A DNA stretch of 64,000 bases. Source: an uncultured Candidatus Poseidoniales archaeon. Lineage in GTDB: Archaea > Thermoplasmatota > Poseidoniia > Poseidoniales > Poseidoniaceae. The position numbers and the translations under genes were made by a program. The stretch's first letter is position 1. The number at the start of each line of letters is the position of its first letter. Positions 1 through 9,370 of the stretch are shown here, one piece after another. The stretch spans positions 2,969 through 66,968 of the forward strand of contig CAXEMN010000004.1 in assembly GCA_963997415.1 (NCBI GenBank), written 5' to 3'. The notes beneath the pieces are model-generated. The model was not told the DNA's origin. It saw nothing but the letters and a program-made list of their open reading frames with translations, and did no database searches.

Positions 1-246
1 ACGCTCAGCATCAACTCCACTTCTGGAGTAAGTGTGATTCGGGATGCTTTGCTCGCTGCAGAATCTTTTTCTTCACCGGAGGAAGAAATTGAAATCACCT
101 GCCACTACAATGGCGCACCAGAATACAGAATTGAGCTGAAGGCACCAGATTTCAAAACTGCTGAAGCACTATGGGAGCAAGCAACATCGGCAACAGTGAC
201 CCACGTCATCGATGCTGGTGGCGAAGCCGATGCCCACCGTGAGTGA
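1..246 (+). CDS. eif2a: Translation initiation factor 2 alpha subunit, C-terminal part (truncated by window start)
   Basis: Frame open from base 1 (TLSINSTSGVSVIRDAL...YNGAPEYRIELKAPDFKTAE), matching the aIF2-alpha C-terminal 'GAPxYRI...APDYKxAE' motif; conserved aIF2a-nop10-PAC2 gene order. Confidence 0.9.
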   Translation, partial: TLSINSTSGVSVIRDALLAAESFSSPEEEIEITCHYNGAPEYRIELKAPDFKTAEALWEQATSATVTHVIDAGGEADAHRE

Positions 247-264
247 ACAAACTGAGGTGGAAAT

Positions 265-507
265 ATGGCAAGGCAAATCCTTCAACAATGCCTTTCATGC
301 AAAGCATGGTCATTGGCAACCACGTGCCCAGCATGTGGAAAAACTGCTCAGGCAGCGGCCCCTTTGAAGTGGTCTCCCGAAGATAACCGGGCTCAAATTC
401 GGAGGAAAATGTATGCTGTTGAGTCAAAAGAATGGGTCGAAGGCTTACCAACACTGCCTTCATTACAAGAGATGAAAGACGCCCATACTCCGTCCGAAGA
501 AGAGTGA
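265..507 (+). CDS. nop10: H/ACA RNP protein Nop10
   Basis: CxxC...CPxCG zinc ribbon followed by P-x-K-W-SPED...R; GAGGTG SD upstream; follows aIF2a. Confidence 0.88.
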   Translation: MARQILQQCLSCKAWSLATTCPACGKTAQAAAPLKWSPEDNRAQIRRKMYAVESKEWVEGLPTLPSLQEMKDAHTPSEEE

Positions 508-599
508 TGCTCGCTCAAAACCAAAGTGTGCCAAAAACGGTCCTGTGGGCACATCTCAACATCAAACATTATAGCGCGGCGCGATTCGTTCGAATGTTT

Positions 600-1355
600 A
601 TGGGATTGCACATTGAATGGAGAAAGCAGCCCAACACACTTGGCGATCATCGCATGATGTTGTTCGCCCTACCTGGCGTTGGTAATGTGGGGAAATCAGC
701 CCTAGAAGGGCTGACTCAAGTCAATGAGTGCACAGAATTGGTGCGGCTGCATCACACCGCCTTACCACCTCTCGCTATGCTTGACGAGGACGGGCTTTTG
801 ACACCACCTCACCTCTCGCTATGCTCTATAGAGTCATCGACTGGAGTTCGCATCCTCACACTCACAGGCACTTCGCAACCTTTGGAGCCTGAGCATCAAG
901 GAAGTTTAGCTCAAGCGCTCATGGCATGGTTATCCGAACAAGGCGTCTCTGAATTGTATGTCCTTGCGGGATTGATGGACGCACCGACCCGTAAAGAGTG
1001 CTTCATTGTGCCTTCAAGCATCGAACATCGCATGGATTTGGAAGCAAAGGGTGTCGATGTACGAAGGGATGAACCAAAGTCTGGAGCCATTGGTTTGACG
1101 GCTTTGATGGCATCGATAGGCCCGCTTCACAGCGTTCAATCAGCCTGTGCCATTGCAACAACTGTTGGTTCCAGCGGAGATGTATTCGCCTCACAAAGGC
1201 TCCTCGAAGCACTTGATGGCTGGTTTGATCTTGGTATCGCCCTCCCGGCCGATGCTCAAGCCATGCTTTCTGAGAAACTAGCGGCACTCGCTCCTGATAC
1301 AAAGGAAGATTATGTCGCGGACCTGACTGAGTCGCCTGATGCATTTTACATGTAA
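600..1355 (+). CDS. PAC2-family proteasome assembly chaperone
   Basis: 'ALPGVGNVGK' N-terminal motif, 'LTGTSQP', 'GAIGLTALM'; usual neighbour of nop10. Start at 594 or 600; the ORF-track start at 432 overlaps nop10. Confidence 0.82.
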   Translation: MGLHIEWRKQPNTLGDHRMMLFALPGVGNVGKSALEGLTQVNECTELVRLHHTALPPLAMLDEDGLLTPPHLSLCSIESSTGVRILTLTGTSQPLEPEHQGSLAQALMAWLSEQGVSELYVLAGLMDAPTRKECFIVPSSIEHRMDLEAKGVDVRRDEPKSGAIGLTALMASIGPLHSVQSACAIATTVGSSGDVFASQRLLEALDGWFDLGIALPADAQAMLSEKLAALAPDTKEDYVADLTESPDAFYM

Positions 1356-1382
1356 ACAGCCCAAGCAGCCATCAATTATCGA

Positions 1383-1468
1383 TGGCGCCGAGAGAGAGAT
1401 TTGAACTCCCGTGTCCAAGGGACAGTGGATTTCGAATCCACCGCAATACCGGGCTATGCGATCTCGGC
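1383..1468 (-). tRNA. tRNA-Ser(CGA), intronless, CCA encoded
   Basis: Minus strand reads GCCGAGATCGCATAGCCCGGTATTGCGGTGGATTCGAAATCCACTGTCCCTTGGACACGGGAGTTCAAATCTCTCTCTCGGCGCCA: acceptor stem GCCGAGA/TCTCGGC, anticodon arm GTGGA-TTCGAAA-TCCAC, long variable arm TGTCC/GGACA, T-loop GTTCAAATC, discriminator G, 3' CCA. Confidence 0.95.
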
Positions 1469-1522
1469 CGCAAACTTGGGTTTAGCGCCACCGTCATAAG
1501 CATGGTGCTACACCAAACAGCC

Positions 1523-1723
1523 ATGCAGGTCCAGTTCACAGGCCGAGACCACAACCTCACCGTGGAGTGTAAGCAAGGTGCAAGCGTGAGGGATGCACTT
1601 GGAAAGGCAGGAATTCTTGCATCAACGGTCATTGTGAGCCATGAAGGCGTCGTCCTACCTCATGCGACAACACTCAACAGCGACATCACACTGCTCGTAA
1701 CCACGGTCTCATCCGGTGGTTGA
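1523..1723 (+). CDS. Ubiquitin-like ThiS/MoaD/SAMP-family protein
   Basis: 66 aa beta-grasp-sized protein ending in di-glycine (VSSGG); the upstream ORF extension is antisense to the tRNA. Confidence 0.85.
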   Translation: MQVQFTGRDHNLTVECKQGASVRDALGKAGILASTVIVSHEGVVLPHATTLNSDITLLVTTVSSGG

Positions 1724-1725
1724 TC

Positions 1726-3567
1726 TTAGCGGTCGACGCGTTCAGTGATCTGAATCTTTGAATTACGATTGATTTGTCCTTTGACATCGATGGCCCAAGC
1801 ATCGAGGCTTATATTGGCTGCAACGAGCGTATCCCCTATTTCTGCCAGATCGTATTGTGGGCCCCAATCCGCAGCCCAGCCTTCGACTTTCATTGAACCG
1901 TGAGCATCCATCAACATCATGCCCTTGCGATGCCATGACTTTCCATTTCTGCCAACACCTTTCTTTTCAAACCGATAGACGAGCCTTCCCGTGACGTTCC
2001 ATCTGGCTCTGAAATCCAACAAAGTGGCTTCGAGATGCTCATTCTTTCCGGCATAGACAACAATTGCATGCGGGTCGACTTTGAGTTGGAGTTCACCTTT
2101 GTAATTCGCTGAAGGTACAACGCCATCAAGCCGGACTCTATCCCCCTTTGCAAGATCCGTAGGCCATGCTGGTTGACCATCTTGATGTGTATCAACAAGC
2201 AGTTGCAAGGTAGCGAAATGGCCACCTTGCTCAATCTTTATCTTTGGGCGACGTCCATCGCCACCCCCGATAATACTGAACACTTCAGCGATCAGGGTCA
2301 TGCGTGGTTCGAGCTCTTGAATTGGCGTGAGATCGAACGTGGCTGAGGAACCTGGAAGACGTACTGATCCACCATCCGGAAGATGTTCAGGTCCATCGCC
2401 GCCCGGGCAAACAAGATTCCAATCACAACTTGAGCATCGCTTTTCCATCGGTGCTTCTGCTGGTACACCGCCTGAGGTGAAGCCCCTCATGGGCATTGGG
2501 TCAGGAGGGCAGTCCTCCATCGACGGTGTGGTCGCTTTGAGTTGCTTCCATAATGTTTCGAGATCAGATTCCATCACTTCCATTTCAGCGACGGTTGGAA
2601 CTTCGATTTCTTTGATGCTATTGGCGCCCAAGTACCAGATCTGTAATGCGTCAACTTGTTGTTCTCGATCGTGAGTGACCCACCACAACATGGCATACAT
2701 TCTGAGTTGCTCCACGTAATTTCCCGAGCGGTCCCCTGCACCTATACTGGCTTTGAGGTCAACGATGTTGATTCGCCCATCCCAACGATAGACTAGATCG
2801 TATTCACCCTGAAACCAATGTTCAGGATGAATGGCATTCATTGCGAATTTGCCTGCATGCGGGTCAACAAACCATGGACGGGTGATTTCCCAAGCCTCGA
2901 CCCACGCCAAAGGACCTTCTTGAGCGAGCGGGTGACGAAGGGACATCTCGTACCTTCGGCCGTCTGGAGCTGGCCATTCTGGACGGACCCCTTTTCTCCA
3001 TTGTTCAAGGTTGGGCCCCCCATTGGCATCATGACAACGTTGGACTTCTGCAAGATGCATCTCCAATCCTTTGAGGCACATATCCAAGCATCGTTCAGGG
3101 TCAACACTCGACCAATCCCCTGCTTTTCGCTCATCCTTTTCCCACTCTTCTTTCATAGCTTGCAGAGCTAATGGCAGGTGAACTTTGAGTCGATTTTGAG
3201 CCCAAGAGCGTAGCGCTTCAAGATCTGAAGGCCACATCTTCACGGGGAGTGCAAGAAGGCGATCGGCTGGCCATGGGCCTTCTGAGTTCCTGCTTGGCAC
3301 TCCATCTTCATCCAGAGGGATGTTCGAAAGCGTATCTGAGGAAGCTGTGTCAATCAACAAGGCAGGAGATTCCTGAAGCATCCTACAGAACGCTTCTTCA
3401 ACAGCCCTGCCGACAAAAAGCACTGGAATCTGAGGCATCTTGAACCGCAGAACTTTTTGATAAAACCAGAGCCTTGAACATGTCTTGTAGGCATTGACTT
3501 GGCTTGCACTCAAGCGGTTATATGGACCAACTGAATCCACATCTTTGACCGCAAGTCGAACAGGCAT
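1726..3567 (-). CDS. PD-(D/E)xK (Cas4/AddB-like) nuclease with Fe-S cysteines and two C-terminal OB folds, paralog A
   Basis: LSASQVNAYKTCSRLW; GEYDLV...IVDLKAS; EQLRMYAMLW; CSSCDWNLVC; RPA-like OB strands (KGDRVRLDG...YKGELQL; LMDAHGSMKVEGW). Confidence 0.8.
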   Translation of the reverse strand: MPVRLAVKDVDSVGPYNRLSASQVNAYKTCSRLWFYQKVLRFKMPQIPVLFVGRAVEEAFCRMLQESPALLIDTASSDTLSNIPLDEDGVPSRNSEGPWPADRLLALPVKMWPSDLEALRSWAQNRLKVHLPLALQAMKEEWEKDERKAGDWSSVDPERCLDMCLKGLEMHLAEVQRCHDANGGPNLEQWRKGVRPEWPAPDGRRYEMSLRHPLAQEGPLAWVEAWEITRPWFVDPHAGKFAMNAIHPEHWFQGEYDLVYRWDGRINIVDLKASIGAGDRSGNYVEQLRMYAMLWWVTHDREQQVDALQIWYLGANSIKEIEVPTVAEMEVMESDLETLWKQLKATTPSMEDCPPDPMPMRGFTSGGVPAEAPMEKRCSSCDWNLVCPGGDGPEHLPDGGSVRLPGSSATFDLTPIQELEPRMTLIAEVFSIIGGGDGRRPKIKIEQGGHFATLQLLVDTHQDGQPAWPTDLAKGDRVRLDGVVPSANYKGELQLKVDPHAIVVYAGKNEHLEATLLDFRARWNVTGRLVYRFEKKGVGRNGKSWHRKGMMLMDAHGSMKVEGWAADWGPQYDLAEIGDTLVAANISLDAWAIDVKGQINRNSKIQITERVDR

Positions 3568-3589
3568 ACACTGCAATGTAAACCGACGC

Positions 3590-3598
3590 TTCTTAAAG
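3590..3598 (-). promoter_or_regulatory. Putative TATA box for a leaderless transcript of nuclease paralog A
   Basis: TTTAAG on the minus strand about 25 nt upstream of ATG 3567; no SD motif. Confidence 0.4.
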
Positions 3599-3604
3599 TC
3601 TAAG

Positions 3605-5374
3605 TTAAGAATTGGAATCCTTGATGGTCAATCGGGTTTTTCGGTTGTCAATTCGTAGTTGAGGCAAACCTGCACGCCAACCGAGTTCCGCCGCCATGAG
3701 AGAGACCCGATCGCCCGGGCGAAGGCCTTCCATCTGCCCAGAGATGCTGGAGCCGAAGGCTGCGATTTCGACCACATGGGTGCCATCCCAAAGGTGCATA
3801 GCGAACATCGTCCATGGTTTTTCATCCAAACGGACCCCTGAGCGTTTTCGTAAACTAAGAACAATACCCTCAACATTTGCCCGTGTTCGAAGAAGCCCAA
3901 TCCTTGTTGTTTCCGATTTCAGTTCCCGTCCTGATTTCGAAAAATGCGCTTCAGCATCCGCAACGGTGAGGATCTCACTCTTCGAATCAAGGTACAAACG
4001 GGGGCTTCCCCTCCACACTCCCGGGAGCGCATTCAGGATGACAATCTCACCTTTTGGTCCATCATGCAGCGCAGAATACGAACCTGGTTCGCTCTCTTCG
4101 ACTGTTATTTGTGCCCCACCTGCAACCAGCATAGCGCCAAGCACCGGTTCTCCAAAGTGATTTGGCAATGGCCCCCAAGCACCGGTGAATGTACCATGGA
4201 CATGCACTCTGTTTGGGATTGATGAAAGAGGTTGGCTCGGTGAGGCGATCTCCATTGAACGGGTCGAGGTAATCGACGCCAACAATTCATCATTCACAAT
4301 CGAACCATCTTGATCAGTACCGAGGCTGCACCAGTGGCAACCTGCTGCTTCCCCAGAACACGCTTTACCGGGCGGTGCTGGAAGTGCGACTGGTCCAGAA
4401 CCCATGGACATCATGGATTTGTTAATCGAATAGAATTCTTCGGTCATGGTTTCAATTTCATGCTTCGTTGGTGGGTCATAGGTGAGGCGATGTGGTCCTG
4501 TAAGGTACCATCCTTCCAGACCATCGATGGTTTGACCAGAATGCGTTTCATGCCATAGCCAAGCATAAAATCGAAGTTGATGTTGAAGCGAGGCAGCAAA
4601 CCTCGATGTCGGGTCACCTGATTTGATATCAACCAGCCGTATGTTCCCATCCCAGCGCAACACCAAATCCAATTCCCCAGCAGCCCAGCCTTCTGGGTGG
4701 TAGAGGCGCTGTGGTTGATGAACACGTGGGTCTTTGATCCAAGGGCGCGCAATCTCCCAAGCCTCATGCCACGAGACCTCATCTCCAGGCTCATTCCAAA
4801 CCATAGGTTCGTCTTTCGCCCATGTGCGCATACCGAAGCTTCGCACTTTATCCGGCAGAGGGAAACGAGGCTCGTCGCCCCAAGCGGGTGAAGGGATCTC
4901 GAAAGGGCATTCGCCTCGACGATATTGCTCGATGTAGGGGCCTCCACCTTCGATCTTACATCGATTGACCTCTTCCATGAATAACGTCAAACCAGAGCGC
5001 AGTTTTTCTTCCATCGTCGAACGTTCGATTTCTTCCCAAACCCAATCTGAGGTTCGCCAAAGAGATTCTTCCCATGCCACCTTACCAATTTCTTGAGCAC
5101 GCTGAGCTGCAGCCGGTATTTTTTCTGCGATCCAATGGGTCAAATCAGTAAGTGAGTTTATACTTGCATCGGGCCTATGCATCAAAAGGCCACATAATTC
5201 ATCTTCGATAACGATACCAAGAATTTGCGAAGGCGTTGTGGGTCCAGAGAGCCCCAGTTTTGAACCTAAAAACCATTGTCGCTCACACCTCAAAAAGGTG
5301 GTCAAGCCGCTTGCTGAGATCCTTGAACGGGATCGGCCCAATGGGCCACCAAGCGGTGGAAGTCCAACTGGCAT
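3605..5374 (-). CDS. PD-(D/E)xK (Cas4/AddB-like) nuclease with two C-terminal OB folds, paralog B
   Basis: ISASGLTTFLRCERQW; GELDLV...LVDIKSG; HQLRFYAWLW; CSGEAAGCHWC; OB strands (WRGSPRLYL; HLWDGTHVVEIAAFG...LRPGDRV); GAGGTGA SD. Confidence 0.8.
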   Translation of the reverse strand: MPVGLPPLGGPLGRSRSRISASGLTTFLRCERQWFLGSKLGLSGPTTPSQILGIVIEDELCGLLMHRPDASINSLTDLTHWIAEKIPAAAQRAQEIGKVAWEESLWRTSDWVWEEIERSTMEEKLRSGLTLFMEEVNRCKIEGGGPYIEQYRRGECPFEIPSPAWGDEPRFPLPDKVRSFGMRTWAKDEPMVWNEPGDEVSWHEAWEIARPWIKDPRVHQPQRLYHPEGWAAGELDLVLRWDGNIRLVDIKSGDPTSRFAASLQHQLRFYAWLWHETHSGQTIDGLEGWYLTGPHRLTYDPPTKHEIETMTEEFYSINKSMMSMGSGPVALPAPPGKACSGEAAGCHWCSLGTDQDGSIVNDELLASITSTRSMEIASPSQPLSSIPNRVHVHGTFTGAWGPLPNHFGEPVLGAMLVAGGAQITVEESEPGSYSALHDGPKGEIVILNALPGVWRGSPRLYLDSKSEILTVADAEAHFSKSGRELKSETTRIGLLRTRANVEGIVLSLRKRSGVRLDEKPWTMFAMHLWDGTHVVEIAAFGSSISGQMEGLRPGDRVSLMAAELGWRAGLPQLRIDNRKTRLTIKDSNS

Positions 5375-5387
5375 TCATTTCACCTCA

Positions 5388-7166
5388 TCAATGGTTGAAG
5401 GAGTAGAAATCACCTGATGTGCGTTGTTCTCGGTCCTTACGTGATTCTGATTTGTTGATTCGAGGGCGTTTGGAATCGTGGTCACGACGGAATGTGACAT
5501 TGACGCCTTCAAGGAAGCGATTCATACCCTCTTGCAACTTGAAGGGGCCTTCGGCTTTTCCATGACGGCCCCCTTCGCCTTCAAAGACCAGCAAAGAATC
5601 GCTTACAATATCGATGAAGTATACGTCGTGATCGATGACGAAAGCCGATTTCTCGTTGGCTTCCATCGTTCTACGAATGGCTTTTGCTGCTTCCATACGA
5701 GCGTTTGCATCCAAATGCGCTGAAGGTTCGTCAAGGAGGTAGAGGTCTGCTTCACGGCCAAGGCATATGGCAATTGAGACCGCTTGCCGTTCACCACCAG
5801 AGAGCTTCTTCACCCTCTTTGGTAGCAATTCGTCAACACCCAATGCACGAATCACGTTGACGTTGAATTCGCCGGTTCGCCATCGTGGCCCGATTTCACT
5901 GTCGAGCCACAATTGGACGCTTCCGTCGATGTCGACATCGATATGTTGTGGTTTGTAGGAAATTGAAGCATCCGAAGTTACCCAGCCCTCATCGTAATCG
6001 TGTTCACCTGCGAGCACTTTGATCATGGTGGATTTCCCAGTTCCGTTAGGACCGACAACGCCGACAACCTCGGAGCGATGGACTGCACCTTCACCGGTTT
6101 GGAGTGTGAAATCTCCAAGTTTTTTACCAAGGCCTCCCCAGGAGACGACTTGAGAACCAAGATCAGCGACTCGGTCGCTATGATTGAGGAACTTGATTGG
6201 CTTGTCTCGAATTCGGACATTTTGTTCTGGAAGGAATCCATCAAGGTAGGTGTTGATGGCTTGTCGAGTTGACCTAGCTGGTGTGAAAATTCCGAAAGCC
6301 CCTTTCTTACCATAGACGATGTGCACGAGGTCACAAAGCACGTCAAGAACAGCTAAATCGTGTTCAATGACGATGACGCGTTTGGTTTCTGAGAGGTGTT
6401 GAATGATTCGAACAATTCGCATGCGTTCATGGATGTCAAGGTACGAAGAGGGTTCGTCAAAGAAGTAGACATCAACATCACGGAGCAATGTGGCACAAAT
6501 GGCCATGCGTTGAAGTTCACCACCAGAGAGTTGTTGAATGGTTCGATCGAGCAAATGGTCAATGCCGAGTTTTTTGGTCATTTCATCAAACATCTTTCGT
6601 TCGTCGACCTTGGAAAGAAGTTCTCGAACGGTTCCCTTGACCCTTTTTGGAAGGCGGTCGACGTTCTGTGGTTTGAGAGCCACTTTGATTTTACCCGCTT
6701 TCACAGCAACAAAGAAATCCCTTAATTCACCTCGTGGTAAGGACTCAATCACCCCGTCCCAATCTGCTTCCTTGTCGAGCCAATCACCAAGGTTTGGGAT
6801 CATCCGCCCAGATAAGGCATTGATGGCAGTCGATTTCCCCATCCCGTTCGGACCGAGAATGCCGACCACGCTCTCTTTCGAAGGTGTAGGCAAGCGAAAC
6901 AGTCGAAATCCATTCATGGAATATCGGTGAATCATATCCGTCTCAAGTTCACTGGGCAACTGTTCGATGATCAATGCATCATGGGGGCATTTGTTGACGC
7001 AAATCCCGCAACCAATGCAGAGGCTTTCTGAGATATGTGGTTTACCGGTTTTGTCATCAAGGATGATGCACTCTTGTCCGTTTCGAACGGGTGGACAAAA
7101 GGCGTGACACTCGTCATTGCACTTCTTTGGTTGACAACTGTCTTCCTTCAGAACGGCTACTCTCAT
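5388..7166 (-). CDS. rli: Ribosome recycling ATPase ABCE1/RLI
   Basis: N-terminal Fe-S domain (CQPKKC...CPP; CIGCGICVNKCP), two ABC cassettes (GPNGMGKST, GPNGTGKST, LSGGE x2), hinge 'TFRRD...RPRINK'. Confidence 0.97.
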   Translation of the reverse strand: MRVAVLKEDSCQPKKCNDECHAFCPPVRNGQECIILDDKTGKPHISESLCIGCGICVNKCPHDALIIEQLPSELETDMIHRYSMNGFRLFRLPTPSKESVVGILGPNGMGKSTAINALSGRMIPNLGDWLDKEADWDGVIESLPRGELRDFFVAVKAGKIKVALKPQNVDRLPKRVKGTVRELLSKVDERKMFDEMTKKLGIDHLLDRTIQQLSGGELQRMAICATLLRDVDVYFFDEPSSYLDIHERMRIVRIIQHLSETKRVIVIEHDLAVLDVLCDLVHIVYGKKGAFGIFTPARSTRQAINTYLDGFLPEQNVRIRDKPIKFLNHSDRVADLGSQVVSWGGLGKKLGDFTLQTGEGAVHRSEVVGVVGPNGTGKSTMIKVLAGEHDYDEGWVTSDASISYKPQHIDVDIDGSVQLWLDSEIGPRWRTGEFNVNVIRALGVDELLPKRVKKLSGGERQAVSIAICLGREADLYLLDEPSAHLDANARMEAAKAIRRTMEANEKSAFVIDHDVYFIDIVSDSLLVFEGEGGRHGKAEGPFKLQEGMNRFLEGVNVTFRRDHDSKRPRINKSESRKDREQRTSGDFYSFNH

Positions 7167-7282
7167 TGTGTCACCTCCTTCTCCGTTATCTTGCTGTTAT
7201 TCGCTGGGACTTATGGAACTCGCGCCCAAACAACACAGTGCACGGGGATTCGCGCACGGATTGGGCTGAGCCCAACTTGTTC

Positions 7283-7822
7283 TCAAATGAGACCTTTCAG
7301 GTGTTCGTGTCCCTTGATGAGGCGCACGGTGCATGGCGTTGGGAACTTCATGCTTGCCTTGCGGAGTGCATCACGGGCTGTGAGGTAATATTCTGGGTGA
7401 ACTTGCAGTGAAATAACTCGTTGTCCTCGCTTTACACGAGCTGCTGTTCCGACGTTCTTTCCAAACGCACATCGCATACCTTGAGACACACGGTCTGCAC
7501 CTGCACCGGTTGCTTGCTTGTTTTCGCGGAGAACATGGTGAGGGAAGGTGTGAACTCGAAGAGCATAGCCTTGAGTTCCTGCGACCTTACGGATCGTGGA
7601 ATTCGAAATAACACGTGCTGCTTCCAAAGCAGTGTGACGAATTTGGACGTTGTTGTCAGCGCGCAATTCAAGGATGACAGGGAACTTTCCTGTCTCTGCA
7701 GCAACACGGTTTCCAACGTGGTACTGGTGGATTCTGTTGTTTGGGACACCACCGATGAACTTACGTCGAGTGTATGCAGGTCCCTTGAGTCGGCGATACA
7801 TAGATGCTGGTTTACGTGCCAT
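7283..7822 (-). CDS. rpl10e: 50S ribosomal protein L10e (uL16)
   Basis: MARKPASMYR...ALEAARV...PHHVLRENKQATGAGADRVSQGMR.AFGK. Confidence 0.97.
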   Translation of the reverse strand: MARKPASMYRRLKGPAYTRRKFIGGVPNNRIHQYHVGNRVAAETGKFPVILELRADNNVQIRHTALEAARVISNSTIRKVAGTQGYALRVHTFPHHVLRENKQATGAGADRVSQGMRCAFGKNVGTAARVKRGQRVISLQVHPEYYLTARDALRKASMKFPTPCTVRLIKGHEHLKGLI

Positions 7823-7972
7823 AATGAACTCTCCAAGCAACCCTGCGACCAATGGTTCCCTTATCATCCCTCCGCCTCGGCCACTGCGACCGAATATGCC
7901 CCGAATCAAAGTCAAAAGATACCTCGAACACCGACAAAAGCATTCATGTGCTCCGTTCATTTGTTTGCGAAC

Positions 7973-9256
7973 ATGGCGAAAGGATGGCGTGGATACCTCG
8001 AAGAGGAATCCGAGTTTCAATGGATAGCCATGGCAGGATTTCTGGTCTTCATTCTTCTTGGAGCACTGGCGATTCAAGGTACGAGTAATTTGCCTGGTGT
8101 CGAGGTTGGCTCAAGCGATTCAAGCCATTATGGCAAACGTATTCTTGATATCGAGTACACAGGAGATGAATCATTCACCGCCAAGATTCTAAACGACGGG
8201 GGCATTGACCTTTTCCAGCAAAACGATCGAACAACAGTCACTCAAATCATGACTGCTGAAGATGGTTTGCCAGCAGACGACATCAACTTCATCACATCGC
8301 TAGAAAACGGAAACACAGCCATTTCCCCTTCAACAAACACCATCCAAGTCATTCATTCGCCTCAAAATGAAGCTGCTTCGGCAACCACAATCACCACATT
8401 CGAACTCGATCGAAGCCACGGGAATTTCACGGTAATGGATCTTGCTGAATCATCAGACGATCAATCCACACAATGGATGATGGTGACTATGGAGGGCTCG
8501 AAAACCAGCCTTCGTGGGTTTGGAACAATTGGGAGTGGATCCGAATCAAGCAGCACCATTGTCGCCTCGATGTCTTCCAGCATCCTTTCCACCCCGATGG
8601 TGAACACCGCAGATGCCGTGTGGCAGAAAGTAATCGCACTTGGAAACGAACAATGGGTCGCCTCTGGCTACCTCTCATACACGAGCAATGAAGCAGGAGC
8701 AAGTCCTGCAGCACCGAAAATTATCCCTGTGCTGGCCGTCATTGATTGGGAAGGCGGACTGACCGCCCCTACAGTTTCAACCATGCATTCGGGAGAAGGT
8801 GGTTTGTACCATTCCTTGATGATTTTAGATGATGGAGACGTCTTTGCTGCAGGAGACCAAGGGAGCACGCTTGTAAGCACATCAGGATCGATGACTCACC
8901 TCAACGTGCCAAGCGTTGCTGCTGTTGTTGATTGCCGTGATCGAGTCTGGTTATTTGGTGATGTTGGAAGCAAAACAATCGTCAGGTACTCTGGAGAAAA
9001 TGCAGAAGAACTGTCGTTGTCGCAAGCATTGACCTTCCAAATCGAAAGCAAAGGACATGGGAAGGAACTGATCTATTTGCATGGTACAGATGAACGTGGA
9101 GAGGCTCAAACCCTGCTCATAGACACCAGCGCACCAGGTTCTATAGAGAGTGGCCGTGGATTCTTGAACTTCCTTTTCCTCACTGTATTCAGCATCACCA
9201 TGGGTGTCATGGCATGGACGGCAGGATCGAGATTATTGGCTGCCCGTCGGCCCTAG
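7973..9256 (+). CDS. Hypothetical membrane protein with N- and C-terminal TM helices and a beta-rich, possibly beta-propeller, extracellular domain
   Basis: Hydrophobic stretches WIAMAGFLVFILLGALAI and FLNFLFLTVFSITMGVMAW; Ser/Thr-rich beta-strand repeats. The ORF upstream of 7973 is antisense to rpl10e. Confidence 0.7.
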   Translation: MAKGWRGYLEEESEFQWIAMAGFLVFILLGALAIQGTSNLPGVEVGSSDSSHYGKRILDIEYTGDESFTAKILNDGGIDLFQQNDRTTVTQIMTAEDGLPADDINFITSLENGNTAISPSTNTIQVIHSPQNEAASATTITTFELDRSHGNFTVMDLAESSDDQSTQWMMVTMEGSKTSLRGFGTIGSGSESSSTIVASMSSSILSTPMVNTADAVWQKVIALGNEQWVASGYLSYTSNEAGASPAAPKIIPVLAVIDWEGGLTAPTVSTMHSGEGGLYHSLMILDDGDVFAAGDQGSTLVSTSGSMTHLNVPSVAAVVDCRDRVWLFGDVGSKTIVRYSGENAEELSLSQALTFQIESKGHGKELIYLHGTDERGEAQTLLIDTSAPGSIESGRGFLNFLFLTVFSITMGVMAWTAGSRLLAARRP

Positions 9257-9370
9257 GAAAAAAACACTGACGCATCGTTTTTTATCGCCCTTGCAAGAAT
9301 TCGTTTGAGAACCTTCATTTGCTCTCGGCAACGACAGAAAACTCCAGCGGAAGCAAGGAGGTGAATCAAG

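Noticed and set aside
1383..1468. tRNA as an integration site for an island
   Set aside because: No integrase, no duplicated tRNA 3' end noticed, and the flanking genes are housekeeping.
1382..1522. N-terminal extension of the ubiquitin-like ORF (113 aa)
   Set aside because: It is largely the antisense of tRNA-Ser; ATG 1523 gives a normal 66 aa protein.
1726..5374. CRISPR-Cas adaptation locus (Cas4-like genes)
   Set aside because: No cas1/cas2 and no repeat-spacer array is visible in the window, and the proteins are about three times Cas4 size with OB folds.
7261..7275. Palindrome TTGGGCTGAGCCCAA just after rpl10e
   Set aside because: A single short hairpin with no second copy seen; it may be a processing or termination element but is not supportable as an ncRNA or repeat family.
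7421..8077. Long overlapping extensions of rpl10e (264 aa) and the 611 aa ORF
   Set aside because: These are antisense read-through of each other; the real starts at 7822 and 7973 give a normal divergent pair.
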